The notes under the pieces: generated by a model
Database searches by the model: none
Seen by the model: the letters and a program-made list of their open reading frames with translations, nothing else
What the model was told of the DNA's origin: nothing
NCBI RefSeq assembly: GCF_023055435.1
Contig: NW_025963924.1
Coordinates: 124,001 to 188,000 of the forward strand
DNA: 64,000 nt
Source of the DNA: Haliotis rufescens
Taxonomy: Eukaryota
Direction of reading: 5' to 3'
Made by a program: the position numbers and the translations under genes
Part shown: one piece after another, positions 14,303 to 27,848 of the stretch
Layout: every line of letters starts with the position of its first letter
Position numbering within the stretch: the first letter of the stretch is position 1

Positions 14303-14462
14303 GGGGCGGTCGGGTAGCCTAGTGGTTAAAGCATTCACTCGTCACGCCAAAGACCCAGGTTCGATTCCCGACATGGGTACAATGTGTGAAGGCCATATCT
14401 GGTTCTCCTGCCATGATATTGCTGGAATATTGCTAAAAGCGGCATAAAACCATACTCACTCA
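14303..14462 (+). mobile_element. Family-2 short tRNA(Asp-like)-headed SINE, full length
   Basis: A box tagcctagtgg, B box ggttcgattcc, gtc anticodon-like loop, (ctca)n tail. 12-bp TSD ctcataataaag at 14291-14302 and 14463-14474. Confidence 0.9.
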
Positions 14463-16294
14463 CTCATAATAAAGAGGTTGACATGATTAATTATCTCCCC
14501 TAATGGGTTTAATATAAAAAACATTCAGATTCAGCCCCAGTTACAATTAAATTTGCATAGAAAATACAGCATGCGAATGTAACATAAGATCTCCTCTGAG
14601 ATAACATAAAGAAATGGTGAGACCTTACTTAACTAAGTATTCATGATTAAGTCCTTGTTGTATTTAACATCAAAATAATGATCATGAAGAGTCCTTACCG
14701 TGAATAACAAGAAACCTGATTTAACTTGAATAACAAACAATCAAACTAAAAAGGCAATGATTTCAAATTCAGCAATACATTAAGTGTTTACATTAGTGAG
14801 AATGAAAACTGAAATCTCTCCCATGACAAACCCTGACTACGTGTCTGCTAATAAAAACCCCGTAAAGCACTAGAAACGTCACAACAGACGTCATTCACAA
14901 GAAACTATTATCCTTCCCTTTTATCTGGAAAGTAATTTTTTTGTGCTTTCAGAAAAGTGATTTCACTAATGCCCTTTGAATCAGTAAAGGGTGAAAATAA
15001 CACTATTTTCTAACAGTTTTCAAAAACGATTTACTCCAAAAACAATGTAAAAAAAACCAAAAACTTTTAGAACTTTGCAACTTCATCAATAAACTCTCAT
15101 ATTCTCTACATGATCCTTTTATTTTCACTCATAAAAGCATGTGTTGCACCATAAGTGTAACCTAATGTTTAAAGCAAATTGCTTCTGTAAGTTGTGTGTT
15201 ATCGCTTTGCCCTTCTTAACCCTATTATCCCCCTGCCCCATATATTGTTTGTACTTACATGATGTAGAACCCCTTTAACCCCCATATCTCCCGGAGTCTT
15301 TGTTCTTTAATCATATACGAGTTTGAGTTAACCCTTTAACCCCTATTTACAGGAACAATGTTGAGGAATCACATTGCAAAAGCATGTACCAATGGCCCAC
15401 AGCTCTAAAGCAGCACAATTTGCTGTGTACTGGTTAGCGACCACCTATCTCCAAGGACTAATTAGCGCGAACACCCTGTAACAGCGTGCACATGATTCAG
15501 ACATGTTTTACTTTAGCTTGTTTCATTAGAAGGGAGAAAGATAAATCCGAAATTAATCACAATTACATCTAGTTTGGCAATATTAAATATCACCAGCTAA
15601 GCACTTGCTCAAACGGTGTCATGTGACTAGTTCACATAAACAAATAAACAAATATCAACCAACAAAGTTTAATTTAGTCAACGCTTACTGTCTCTCATTT
15701 CCCCCGAAATACATTTTACACCCTAATTAAGCACTTTCTTCATATAAACATAACCTGAATGTATCACAAAATCCACAGTAAATAGTGTTATTTATGAGCA
15801 TGTATAAAGGTCGAAATTGAGAAATATTGGTTTACATCCACTGCCAATTGACAGATTGAAAAAAGCAATTCCTTCTCATTGTTGTACAACGGAAATGGAC
15901 TTTTACCACAGGCAAAATACAAATGTGTGCTCATGCTTTTACAAAAGTAAAAGTAAGTGATACAGTAAACTTTAAATTTCGAATATTTCAGAAATAACAC
16001 TGAAACAAGAGTCAACAGATGACGACAAATGCCCTCCGGCCCCTTCAATTGCAAATGGCACCACTTCAGCCCCTGGTTAATATATGTACCCTGCTGGATT
16101 ACAAATATTTGATGTTTTTTAAAGTTATGCTCTGGAAACGAAATACAGATGGACAGACCAGACCATATCAGCCCCCCCCCCTCCTGGTTTTAAATCCAAG
16201 ATTTGCCTAGATTATGATGCATGGTTGGTCTGTTCCACACATTAGTTTGTAAAGTTCACCAAAGTAATGCAACATCAATGACCTGTGTGAATAT

Positions 16295-16863
16295 CAATCT
16301 CATTAAAATCAGATCTTAATTCTCGCGACAGCTATACAAAGATCTTAGGACATCCTATTACGGGTCATGTTAGAATGACCTTTCAACCGACCAATCAGAG
16401 CATTGCTTTCCAAATCAGGAAAGTGACATTTACATTGCGTTTTCTAATAATTGAACCTCGAAAAGGTTAATACAGGGTATTCCAAACGACAGTTACTGGT
16501 TGTAAGACTGATTCTGTCAAAATCATCATCTGTCTCACGCTTCAATGGGATAAACAGTTGAACCAAAGAGATTTTCCATAGCGTATGGGAAGTACTGCCA
16601 TACAATCCTGGCAATCTATTAGACATTCCAGAACATTCTTTTATTCAGTTTTCACATATTAATCGAGAACTTGGTCAAAACAAAATTCGAATTTTAGTCT
16701 GGAATGGAAGTTGCCAGTTTGTAACTAGTGCTTGAGAAAGCTGCTTTCTGATTGGCAATTGTAAACGTCTTGTTAGTCATTTCAATGGTCGGTCAAGGTC
16801 TGTGATGTCCTCTGATCTTTGTTTAGCGGTAGCGTGAACAAAGATCTGTGTTTAATGAGATTG
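16295..16863. mobile_element. MITE / non-autonomous DNA transposon with ~60-bp imperfect TIRs
   Basis: caatctcattaaaatcagatct..caaagatcttaggacatc is inverted to gatgtcctctgatctttg..agatctgtgtttaatgagattg. Confidence 0.75.
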
Positions 16864-17809
16864 TGCAGATGTAGGCCCTCACTCACACTAATCTGACACA
16901 CCATTAAAATATCATTGAAATACGGTTCCATGAAGTGTTAAACTCAACACCCTCACTCATGAATGCAAAAACAGCTACCTTGGTATGAGTATGGTTTAAT
17001 TATGATTGAGAAATGTTTCAGAGAGTTGCAGAGAACTTGCAGCTTGGATCATAGATCCTACAATCAGCAAAGACCAGATACAGATACTTCCAAACACAAA
17101 TACCTGTGAGACAGGGACTGTAGGGCTGTGTTCACAAATGTTGAGGGAAATATTGCAAGTATTACATTTACTTTGGTTTGTGGGCTTAATCAAAAATTTC
17201 ATTTTTCTTGTTGACCCAGAAACTTGATTTGAAAAAAGTTTAGATTGTGGAATTTATGGAGCTTTCAGCAATGTATTTTTGTCAGATATGATAACAAGAT
17301 GGAAAAATGGATCAAAATTCTTAAAAAAAAAATGACTGTGAAATCAGAAACCGTAAGTTCTCATCAACACATTTTTAAGAACTAAGAAATCATTATGATA
17401 CTATCAGTACCCAGTACACCATGCTTGTCTTCAGACCCAATAAATGAGAATTGGGAGGATATTGTGTGTCATTGTTCAAGCTATCAACCCCAGGTCTGAC
17501 TATCCCAAACTCTACTATTTACAGGTGGCTGTGATTAGACGGAATATTGCTGACTTTAAACTCAGTGAAGCTGTTTAATACATTTTCTGTTTTCTGGGTA
17601 TGAACAACTGAGATTCTATATTAATTGATTAACCGAATGGAAAATATTCAACAGATCTAATCTATTACATCTAATCTTTGACAGTGCCATTACTTGACCT
17701 GCCATTATAATACCTCATTCCATCACAACCATTGGTTATTTAATATTTGAAACACTATTAATCCTTTCGGTGCCAACCTCCACCTTCAAACATTTGAAAG
17801 CCTAACTTC

Positions 17810-18046
17810 TTCTTCCAGAAGCAAAAGTGTTAACTGATTATAAAAGTCCAGTTTCCACCCTTGCCGAACTAGACTGGAATTCCTGAGTTACATTTTGGCT
17901 GGACTAATGAATCTATGCATAGTCCAATCAAAATCACATAACAAAGTAGACATCTGGTTTGTAAACAACATGGATATCAACATGCAGATTTCTGTTGACT
18001 GCAGGATTTGCAAAGCACATGTACCATTAACTGGGTGTCGACAGAT
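17810..18046 (+). repeat. Dispersed repeat; inverted copy at ~29007-29242
   Basis: taaaagtccagtttccacccttgccgaac and tctatgcatagtccaatcaaaat are reverse complements of sequence at 29120-29212. Confidence 0.82.
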
Positions 18047-18472
18047 GCCCCACCCCCACATGACCAGCCCAACCCCTACATGACCATCCTCCCCACCCCC
18101 ACATGACCAGCCCCACCTCCACATCTCCAGCCCCACCTCCACATGTCAATCCTCCCCACCCCCACATGACCAGCCCCACCTCCACATCTCCAGCCCCACC
18201 TCCACATGTCCAGCCCCACCTCCACATGTCAATCCTCCCCACCCCCACATGACCAGCCCCACCTCCACATCTCCAGCCCCACCTCCACATCTCCAGCCCC
18301 ACCTCCACATGTCAATCCTCCCCACCCCCACATGACCAGCCCCAACTCCACATCTCCACCCCCACATGACCAGCCCCACCTCCACATGTCCATCCTCCCC
18401 ACCCCCACATGTCCATCCTCCCCACCCCCACATGACAAGCCCCACCCCCTCATGACCAGCCCAACCTCCACA
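18047..18472. repeat. C-rich minisatellite (ccagccccacctccacat variants); G-rich on the minus strand
   Basis: Tandem ~20-bp variant units. Confidence 0.9.
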
Positions 18473-19802
18473 CTCTTCCGTATTCCGGTACATATAGCAC
18501 ATCTTATAAATCTGTTTCCCTGCAATTTTGCCAGTATAATCATTAAAGCACATCTCCGCCTTAGATAAGATCATTATTCATTAACCCCTTGAATCCTATG
18601 GCATTATCCTTTCAAGTGTTCCCATTCTGCTGTGCAACTTTAACTCTAGTTATCTCCAAGGGCCATCCTTCAATAACACATAACTCCTTAGTGTCCAACC
18701 TTTAACCCTCTGTATCTGACATTCTCGTAATTTGCTTCCTAAATAACATCTGCAACAGCCTAATCTTACTCCAATCAGTCTGCTCAACAAACTCTGTAGA
18801 TTTCAATGTCTCTGGATTTTTTACAATTTTTAAATTTGCAATAACTGCCACAGGTAATGACTTGTCTGACCTGTCTCGCCAACCATTTTGACAGAAATGT
18901 GCATCTGGAGAAACGTTTTTAAATCTGAGAAAGCTGTTTTTTAATTGAAAGAAAACATGGGTGATTAACTGTATATATTTGACACTTTAGGTCTCCTTTC
19001 TTCTCTTCCCAGATATTATCTCCATGCTCCCATCCCATGCCACAGTAAAATAGTCCCCCGTTCTTCCCCTCGTTATGTCCCTTGTACCCAATCTCTTCCT
19101 CGTCCAAATTACCTGCTCGCTAGTCTCATAGTGCCTGCTGCCTCTCCATCCTCACGTCTCACGTAACCCCACCTCTTCCTCGTCTAGATTACCTATCAGC
19201 TAGTCTTATTATGGCTCCTGAAGAAAGCCTTTAATCGTAAGCTCGATTCTTTGTACATAGAATATTTTAATTTATACAGCCAATGTTATTTCTGTCAATC
19301 ATACCCAAACGCACCTCCTCCAATTTCCAACTGACCAATACTTCATCACTACCCTCTCCCCCCTGTCAACAGAAGCCTTGTCCTTGTCCTTGAAGCTTCC
19401 CAAGACATCAACTGCTTCCTTGAAATATGCTATGTTTTTCCCCTTATCGTGTGCAGGTATATACAGTTATTGTAAAGTATGAGATATGGGGTTGTCCTTA
19501 CTTCCTCCCTTTCCCCCCAGCCTCCGCACCCTGCTGTCTTCCGGGCAGATCCCCACAGAAGTGATGAAATCGACTGTGACATAAGCAGCCAGCACACGAC
19601 CCAGAGCTGGGTGCAGACAGTGTGGTGTTAATGCATGTTGTATACAGTGGCACAGCTGCAGCACATGGGAGCCTGGTATCACACGTCACAGTTGGAGACT
19701 TCCAAGACAATATCTCAATATGCTTCCCCAACAACATCATAGAACTTTGGTGTGTCCTACAGTGTCTGAAACAAATAATCACCCAAATTATAGCCAAGTC
19801 CA

Positions 19803-21979
19803 AATATACACCTACATCCACCCTGATCTCAACCTAACCCTGATATACACCTACATCCACCCAAATCTCAACCTAACCCTGATATACACCTACATCCACC
19901 CCAATCTCCACCTAACCCTGATATACACCTACATCCACCCAAATCTCAACCTTACCCTGATACAAACCCACATGCACCCCAATCTCCACCTAACCCTGAT
20001 ATACACCCACATGCACCCAAATCTCCACCTGACCCTGATACACACCCACATGCACCCCAATCTCCACCTAACCCTGATATACACCTACATCCACCCAAAT
20101 CTCAACCTTACCCCGATACAAACCCACATGCACCCCAATCTCAACCTAACCCTGATATACACCCACATGCACCCAAATCTCAACCTTACCCCGATACACA
20201 CCCACATGCACCCCAATCTCCACCTAACCCTGATATACACCCACATGCACCCCAATCTCAACCTGACCCTGATATACACCCACATGCACCCCAATCTCCA
20301 CCTGACCCTGATACACACCCACATGCACCCCAATCTCCACCTAACCCTGATATACACCCACATGCACCCCAATCTCCACCTGACCCTGATACACACCCAC
20401 AAGCACCCCAATCTCCACCTAACCCTGATATACACCCACATGCACCCCAATCTCAACCTGACCCTGATATACACCCACATGCACCCCAATCTCAACCTGA
20501 CCCTGATACACACCCACATGCACCCCAATCTCAACCTAACCCTTATATACACCCACATGCACCCAAATCTCAACCTTACCCCGATACAAACCCACATGCA
20601 CCCCAATCTCAACCTAACCCTGATATACACCCACATGCACCCAAATCTCAACCTTACCCCGATACAAACCCACATGCACCCCAATCTCCACCTAACCCTG
20701 ATATACACCCACATGCACCCAAATCTCAACCTTACCCCGATACACACCCACATGCACCCCAATCTCCACCTAACCCTGATATACACCCACATGCACCCCA
20801 ATCTCAACCTGACCCTGATATACACCCACATGCACCCCAATCTCCACCTGACCCTGATACACACCCACAAGCACCCCAATCTCCACCTAACCCTGATATA
20901 CACCCACATGCACCCCAATCTCCACCTAACCCTGATATACACCCACATGCACCCCAATCTCCACCTGACCCTGATATACACCCACATGCACCCCAATCTC
21001 CACCTAACCCTGATATACACCCACATGCACCCCAATCTCCACCTAACCCTGATATACACCCACATGCACCCCAATCTCCACCTAACCCTGATATACACCC
21101 ACATGCACCCCAATCTCCACCTGACCCTGATATACACCCACATGCACCCCAATCTCCACCTAACCTTGATATACACCCACATGCAGCCCAATCTCCACCT
21201 AACCCTGATATACACCCACATGCACCCCAATCTCCACCTGACCCTGATATACACCCACATGCACCCCAATCTCCACCTGACCCTGATATACACCCACATG
21301 CACCCCAATCTCCACCTGACCCTGATATACACCCACATGCACCCCAATCTCCACCTGACCCTGATATACACCCACATGCACCCCAATCTCAACCTGACCC
21401 TGATATACACACACATGCACCCCTATCTCCACCTGACCCTGATATACACCCACATGCACCCCAATCTCCACCTAAACCTGATATACACCCACATGCACCC
21501 CAATCTCCACCTGACCCTGATATACACCCACATGCACCCCAATCTCCACCTGACCCTGATACACACCCACATGCACCCCAATCTCCACCTGACCCTGATA
21601 TACACCCAGATGCACCCCAATCTCAACCTGACCCTGATATACACCCACATGCACCCCAATCTCAACCTGACCCTGATATACACCCACATGCACCCCAATC
21701 TCAACCTAACCCTGATATACACCCACATGCACCCCAATCTCAACCTGACCCTGATATACACCCACATGCACCCCAATCTCCACCTGACCCTGATATACAC
21801 CCACATGCACCCCAATCTCAACCTGACCCTGATATACACCCACATGCACCCCAATCTCCACCTGACCCTGATACACACCCACATGCACCCCAATCTCAAC
21901 CTGACCCTTATATACACCCACATGCACCCCAATCTCAACCTTACCCCGATACAAACCCACATGCACCCCCATCTCCACC
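19803..21979. repeat. 39-bp minisatellite (gatatacacccacatgcaccccaatctccacctgaccct)
   Basis: About 55 units; explains the 13-aa periodic ORFs on both strands. Confidence 0.96.
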
Positions 21980-24351
21980 ATAATAAACTCTCCCGTTCCT
22001 CCAACTCCATTTCAACAGATCACACATGTTAACATAAACAATTACACAGATAATACAATCATATCTGATGTAATATGAAATGTCTACTCTTAATTTCATA
22101 ATGCCAGTATATTTTTCCTTTCTTTTTCACCTGTCATCCCAACAATATCAGATTCTTTTCAAGTTGTGAGAACAAAAGTCGTGTGGTGATGAATCCTTTC
22201 CAGATCCTGCCATCAGGTCAAGCCCATTACTGTACCAGCAGATGGGAGCATCTCACAAGACCGATACTCCCGCAGACAGGCGCTTTGTTCCTGCCAATTA
22301 CGTTCTGTTCATGTTATGCAATAAAAGTGGGAGGTCTGTAGACTTGCAGCAGGCTCCTTCAGATTTAATTACCAGTACTATTTGTTTACAATCTTCTCTT
22401 TTTTTGTTGGAAACATTCTCACTTCTTCATATAAAACATACGTAGGTTTATTCCTGATCGTAGCTAGTCCACAGCAGCCCATTTGGGTATCACCCCAACC
22501 TACCTATCTCACCCCACCCTCTCAAACCTCACACCACCCTCTCACACCACACCCCACCCCACCCTCCCACACCTCACCCCACCCTCTCACACCTCACCCC
22601 TGTAACTTTACACAGTTTGGGAGTCTATGAAGGACATTTCATGTTGATAATAGACTACACTTACCAATGAGTACTTTTCCATTACTGTCATTCAGCACAC
22701 ACCATGCTGTGCTCCAACGACAGTGATATGTAAGAGTGTATGAAGCACAAACATCCTTGGGAGAAGGACAAGCATGCATGTATGTATCAGTAATCAAACT
22801 GAAGTGTCACAGTACAGCCATGTTATCACAAGAACACGAAAAGAAAGAACTTTGTTTTAACCTGGTGTACAAAAAGCTTTAGGATATCAATAGATTGATT
22901 GGGAAACAGATCGACTAACCACAGCAAAACCCTTGCTTACAGCATGATTACAATCTGTCATACACACCCTATAGAACACATATAATTTTATATTTTATTG
23001 AGCTATATTTTTTCAACATGAAAATAACACATTCCCACATTATCCAATGATATTTAAAGGAATACAATTTCATTGTTTTAGACCCAAACAATATCATGCT
23101 CCATGAAACAAAACGAATTAAGACCCCCATCCCCCAAAAGAAAACCAAAACCAAAAAGCCAAACATTTTCAACCCATGAAAGCATCCTGCTTAGTGAAGT
23201 CTTTAAACCCTACAATTGTAAACACTACACAAACACAGCTACAAAGCATGCACGCACGCACCCAAAGGGTAAACTGAAAAAAATAATTCACTGTCCAGAA
23301 GAACGAGCGGGCCCCAAAATAACCTTACTCAATACTCTAACAGGCCTTATTCCATTTGAACAACAACCAACAAACATTAAACATTGTTTGCTTGCCAAAT
23401 ATGATTATATATTCAGCCATTGAAAAATGTGTATATTCTGTTTGTGTGACATCAACCACTGACTTCACATTAACAGCAGGCCCTCTGCTATTTCTGCTGG
23501 CTACAGGCCAAATGGGCAGCATTAAAGTCAACCCTTCATACATGTGTTAGTGTCCTTTGCCAGCTAAATCTCACCAACGACACATCAACGTGAGTCCATG
23601 CAAACACTCAAAATACCTCTGACATTTGCACACCACAAATATGTATCCCCATGGCACGATCAAATTTGATAATGTGAGATATTATGTCTTAAATTTCCGA
23701 GAACCTTTCCATAAACATCCCCTTTAGACACAAATGGCAGAAGAGCATGTCTGTTTGCAGTTGCACATCCTCCCAGTAAATGTCTTCGTGAGCGTGTCTG
23801 AATCACGTCTGTGGGCGAGATTCCACAAGGCAGGGATGTTTTTGTAGTTTCAATGTAAATTATATACTTACAGCATACCATGGGTTTATGAATGTCATAT
23901 TTGCAATATTTGCCAGTCTAGGTTTGAGATCTTATCAACAAACTTCTTTAATAAATCTTCCTGTGTCACAAAAAAGTTTGAATTACGGAGTAAAGACTGA
24001 CATGTTTTGGCTAATGTGGGTAATATTTTCAGTGTTCATCCACCAAGAAGATAATTGTGCCTGCACGTATAAATCTTGTTTGTTTATTATTACATGCTCT
24101 TAATTTGCAAACCTTTTTCACAATATAAACTTCCAAAAATGACACAAATACTTCTGTTTTGCTTTGAACCTGTCTTCTAAATAGCATATTTGTGTAATTA
24201 TGCACCATCAATTACTTGACAAATAGACAGTTTTCATTTGTTACTGTTGGATAGCAGATGATGCTTTTGTGTAAGACATATGGATATTTAATGAACAAGT
24301 CATGAGGCCAAGTAATCACCAATAGCCCTTAAAATACTGTTGTACATGATA

Positions 24352-24716
24352 CAAGGGTCGTTCAATAAGTTTTGCAACTTCAATATGAGACCAAGTTGCA
24401 GAATATCTTTTGCACTTTTATTTTTCAATATAATCTCCATTCACCTCAATACACTTACTCCATTTGTCCTTCAAGCTTTTAATACCACTTTTATAGAAAT
24501 CCGCAGATTGGCCCTCTAACCACGCCTCTGTGGCAGCCTTTACGTCCTCGTCATGTAGGGCAGATTTCATTTGCCGGAACAGGAAATAGTCACTGGGGGC
24601 TAAGTCTGGGCTGTACAGTGAAATCACCCAACCTTGAGTCCAGACTTGGCCCCCAGTGACTTTATTCTGTGACTTGGTCTTATATTGAAGTTGCAAAACT
24701 TATTGAACGCCCCTCG
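24352..24716 (-). mobile_element. Mariner (Tc1/mariner)-derived MITE with a transposase C-terminal remnant
   Basis: ~54-bp TIRs (c[a/g]aggg..gttcaataagttttgcaacttcaatat) and TA on both sides (24350-51, 24717-18). Minus frame gives YSPDLAPSDYFLF...FYKSGIKSLKDKWSKCIEVNGDYIEK*, a canonical mariner C-terminus. Confidence 0.93.
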
Positions 24717-24944
24717 TATCATGTACAATTTGAATATGTTCTTTGAAATGTTATTTTTGTGATGGAAAAAATGAATTAGTATCTGTGAATTATGCCTGAT
24801 GGAGTCAAGATGTTGAGAGGATGGAACAAAATCAGTAATAGTTGCCACTAGCCAACCTGGACTGTGTCCAATAGAATATTAGTCCTCACTCATTTGAACT
24901 AGCCTGGGGCTAACGGAATAGCATTTATTTCCCCTGCTGTGTGT

Positions 24945-25180
24945 AGAGAGTAAGTGAGAGTTGGGTTTCCCACCGCTTTAAACAGTATTCCAGTTATATC
25001 ACAGCGTGTCAGCTTAATGTGGGAGGAAAAGTGATGCAGGTCTCAGACGTTTACCACTTTGGTGAAACCCACAAGCACAGGTATGGTGCTGACAAACCTA
25101 GAAACATAATCAGTGCAATCCAGGATTCAAACCCACCATCATAGGTTTCTGGCATGCTCAAAGGATGCAACTCTCCCAGG
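24945..25180 (-). mobile_element. Family-3 tRNA-headed SINE (older copy); more degenerate copies at ~25415-25570 and ~34463-34660
   Basis: Colinear with 35574-35842 (gtgatgcaggtctcagacgtttaccactt, gtatggtgctgacaaacctagaaacataatc). Confidence 0.82.
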
Positions 25181-26649
25181 CATATGAAAAACTTGGTTGT
25201 AAATTACATGGCCAATATATCATAGTACTGAACAACCCTTCCTTTGAAATTTTCTCCTTTTCGATTTTTTTCTAACAAACAGGAAGAGCAATGAAACCTG
25301 TGATTTTTAGAACCCTCCCACCCTCCATGTGTGATGACTGATGAGCTGGTTTCATACCAAATTGCTATGTAGTTGAGATATACCATGTCTGTTCAGGTTA
25401 ATATTGGAGAAAAGCCTGACGGGATGCTGGTTTTAGACATTTACCACTTTGGGACCAACCATTATCAAAATCAGGACAATTGTGGGATTCAAACCCATGA
25501 TCATTTGATGTTGGCACATAAGGGACACAACTCACACTGCAACATAGCTAATAGCTTCGCCTTAGACAACATGGGCACTTAACTAAAACATGACACTTCC
25601 TCAATCATTCACAGAGTAAAGATATATTTAACAGGGCCCAATTTAGCTCTACAAAACATGCACAAGTACAAACTGTTATTGAGAAATGCAACTGTATATT
25701 TATGTCTATATGCACCAAGTGCATGTCTAACATTTTCAAATTTGTTGTTTATTTATCTCTGAAGTCTTTTTACCATACTACATCACTAATCCCTGCATGT
25801 GTTCCATGTGTTCCGTGTAATTTGTCATGCTTTTTTAAGACTTGATGTCATCTAACTGTGGATACTTCAAGATGATATGCACATGTTCCTGTTATGTTTT
25901 ACAGCAATGGGTCTTTAATGTATGTGACACTGGCAGCAGATTGGCCTATGTGTGTGTATGTGTGTATGTGTGTGTGTATGTGTGTGTGTGTGGGGGGGGG
26001 GGGCATAATCAGATTTTTCAATATGGCTGCTGTCAAATGAGCTGCAAAATGGGAAGATTCTAATGTTCCTATTACATCATATGGGGAGGTGTTCTTTTTG
26101 TGTGTACTTCTGGATATACTCACATCTCAATCAATCATAGGTCCCTAATTATGAACACCCAACTCGCCTGCCCTTGATGCCATCTGTCAGCTCGCTGCAA
26201 CAAGGTTGCGACCACATCAAAGTCTCGTTTCTGCTTCCTTCCCACAATGTAATGACCTTGGAAGTCCCAGGCATCGTGCCTGGGTGCCTGTTATGGTTTA
26301 GTTGTGAATTAAGCTAAATGATGTGTTTTTCTATCAAACACCATATGCATGCATCACTGTCTGCCATCTGTGGTCAATGGAGTGAGCACATATCTATGTC
26401 AGCATGGGAACACAACATGAAACTGACAAGACAGAGTCATCCATATCCCCAAATCTTCCTTGCATGCTAACAATTGAAAACAAATCATTTTGATTTCTGT
26501 AAAAATGATAGGCACCAGTCCTTACTAGCAAATACATTTGCAAAGTTTCATGAGGAGAAAAAAACTTGGAAAAGATACTTTTTAAAATTCCAGAAGAGGA
26601 AAGCACAAGTACAGCACTTGCCTGACGTATAGGCTCTTGAATATATGAG

Positions 26650-26990
26650 AACGCTTCAGTGGTCTAGTGGTAGAGCATCTGCCCGGAGAGTGGAAGGTAT
26701 GGGTTCGATCCCTGGTTGTGTCATACCAAAAGACGCTAAAAGATGGTACTTGTTGTTACCCTGCCTGGCACTCAACATTAAGGGGTTAAAACAAGGACTG
26801 GTCGGCTCAGAGCCAGTATACTGTGTGTGAGTTGGGTATTCATGTTAACTGCGGCATGGTATCTCAGGGGGCTAGTACTATAATCGACATTAGTCTGGAC
26901 TAGTACAAGAAGCTACACACCCAGAGATACAGATGCATTTCTTGCATACATGATATGCTCTTGAAATGAACCCTAAACTTATACGAGCAA
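26650..26990 (+). mobile_element. Family-4 tRNA-headed SINE with a Meta-domain-like body
   Basis: A box tggtctagtgg, B box ggttcgatcc, then gtcataccaaaagac..atggtacttg..cctgcctggcactcaacattaagg, which resembles the MetaSINE central domain (from memory). Paralog at 56881-57222. Confidence 0.8.
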
Positions 26991-27007
26991 TCACACACAC
27001 ACACAAA

Positions 27008-27848
27008 ACAAGGGCCACAACTTGGTAACTATTAATAATTCCTTATGGCAAAGTCAAACTTCATAACAAAGCTCCCACTTCATGATGTATTCAAAGTGTC
27101 ATCTTTGTTTACTGTATTAGAATAGTGCTATGATCAGTATCATGTGATCTGTCGTACGTTTTAGATACTTGCAATTCATAAGTATTCATAATGAATGCTC
27201 CCATACATGTCAGCATGCATAATGTATGTGCATTGGGCGAGGAAATTGGCCTTCCTCTTTGAGCGATGATATGAATGAGTCAACACCAAAATACAACAAT
27301 CTATAGTGGTTTCTGGGAAATGACAGTACTGTGCACCATGTTTAAAAGCAAAACAACGGCCATAACATGTATTTTCAATAATGGGTTTCAAACCAGATCA
27401 ACATATTTATCCTGTACTGCTGTAAGCAAAATGTCATCCACGTATCTTTAGCAGTTTACAAGGAATCTGTATCAATTGGGGTACAGTGCACAAAGTCTGA
27501 AAACATCAGGCAAGGGCTATAACTCTGTAAAATATTAATCCCAAATGTTGGGTTTCAACCTTAATCTAACATATGTATTCCTGAATGATGAATGCAAAAT
27601 GTCATCCTGATTTCTATGACACTTGTCCAATTGGGTGACCTGTGCACATTGTCCAAAAGATCAAACAAGAGCCATAACTCTGTAAAACATAGACAGTTTT
27701 CAAACTCGATCATATTTTTTTATCCCTTAAAATGTCATCCTTGTATCCAGAGCTGTTTCTGAAAATAATTGTCACATTGAAGTAGGACAGGAAGGGCAGA
27801 CAGACAGAGCACAAATATCCTGCTCCACTTTATGGCGGGTGATGATAA
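27008..27848 (+). mobile_element. Helentron/HINE (DINE-1/pearl-like) non-autonomous element remnant
   Basis: Repeated ~155-bp cores with aagggccataactctgtaaaa and aaaatgtcatcc, followed by a (caga)n microsatellite and a short 3' hairpin. This is the typical HINE architecture. Confidence 0.5.

Noticed and set aside
14303-14380. SINE heads (14303, 26650, 35760, 57150) as functional tRNA genes
   Set aside because: Followed by SINE body and tail, with TSDs in the family-2 and -3 copies; cloverleaf stems disrupted.
19720-22032. 770-aa, 443-aa and 195-aa ORFs as protein-coding genes
   Set aside because: Pure translations of a 39-bp minisatellite, open on both strands; no domain; intronic.
22240-22310. 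Minus-strand NKAPVCGSIG as a PET-domain exon
   Set aside because: In-frame stop shortly after, and none of the conserved QLP.HD motif.
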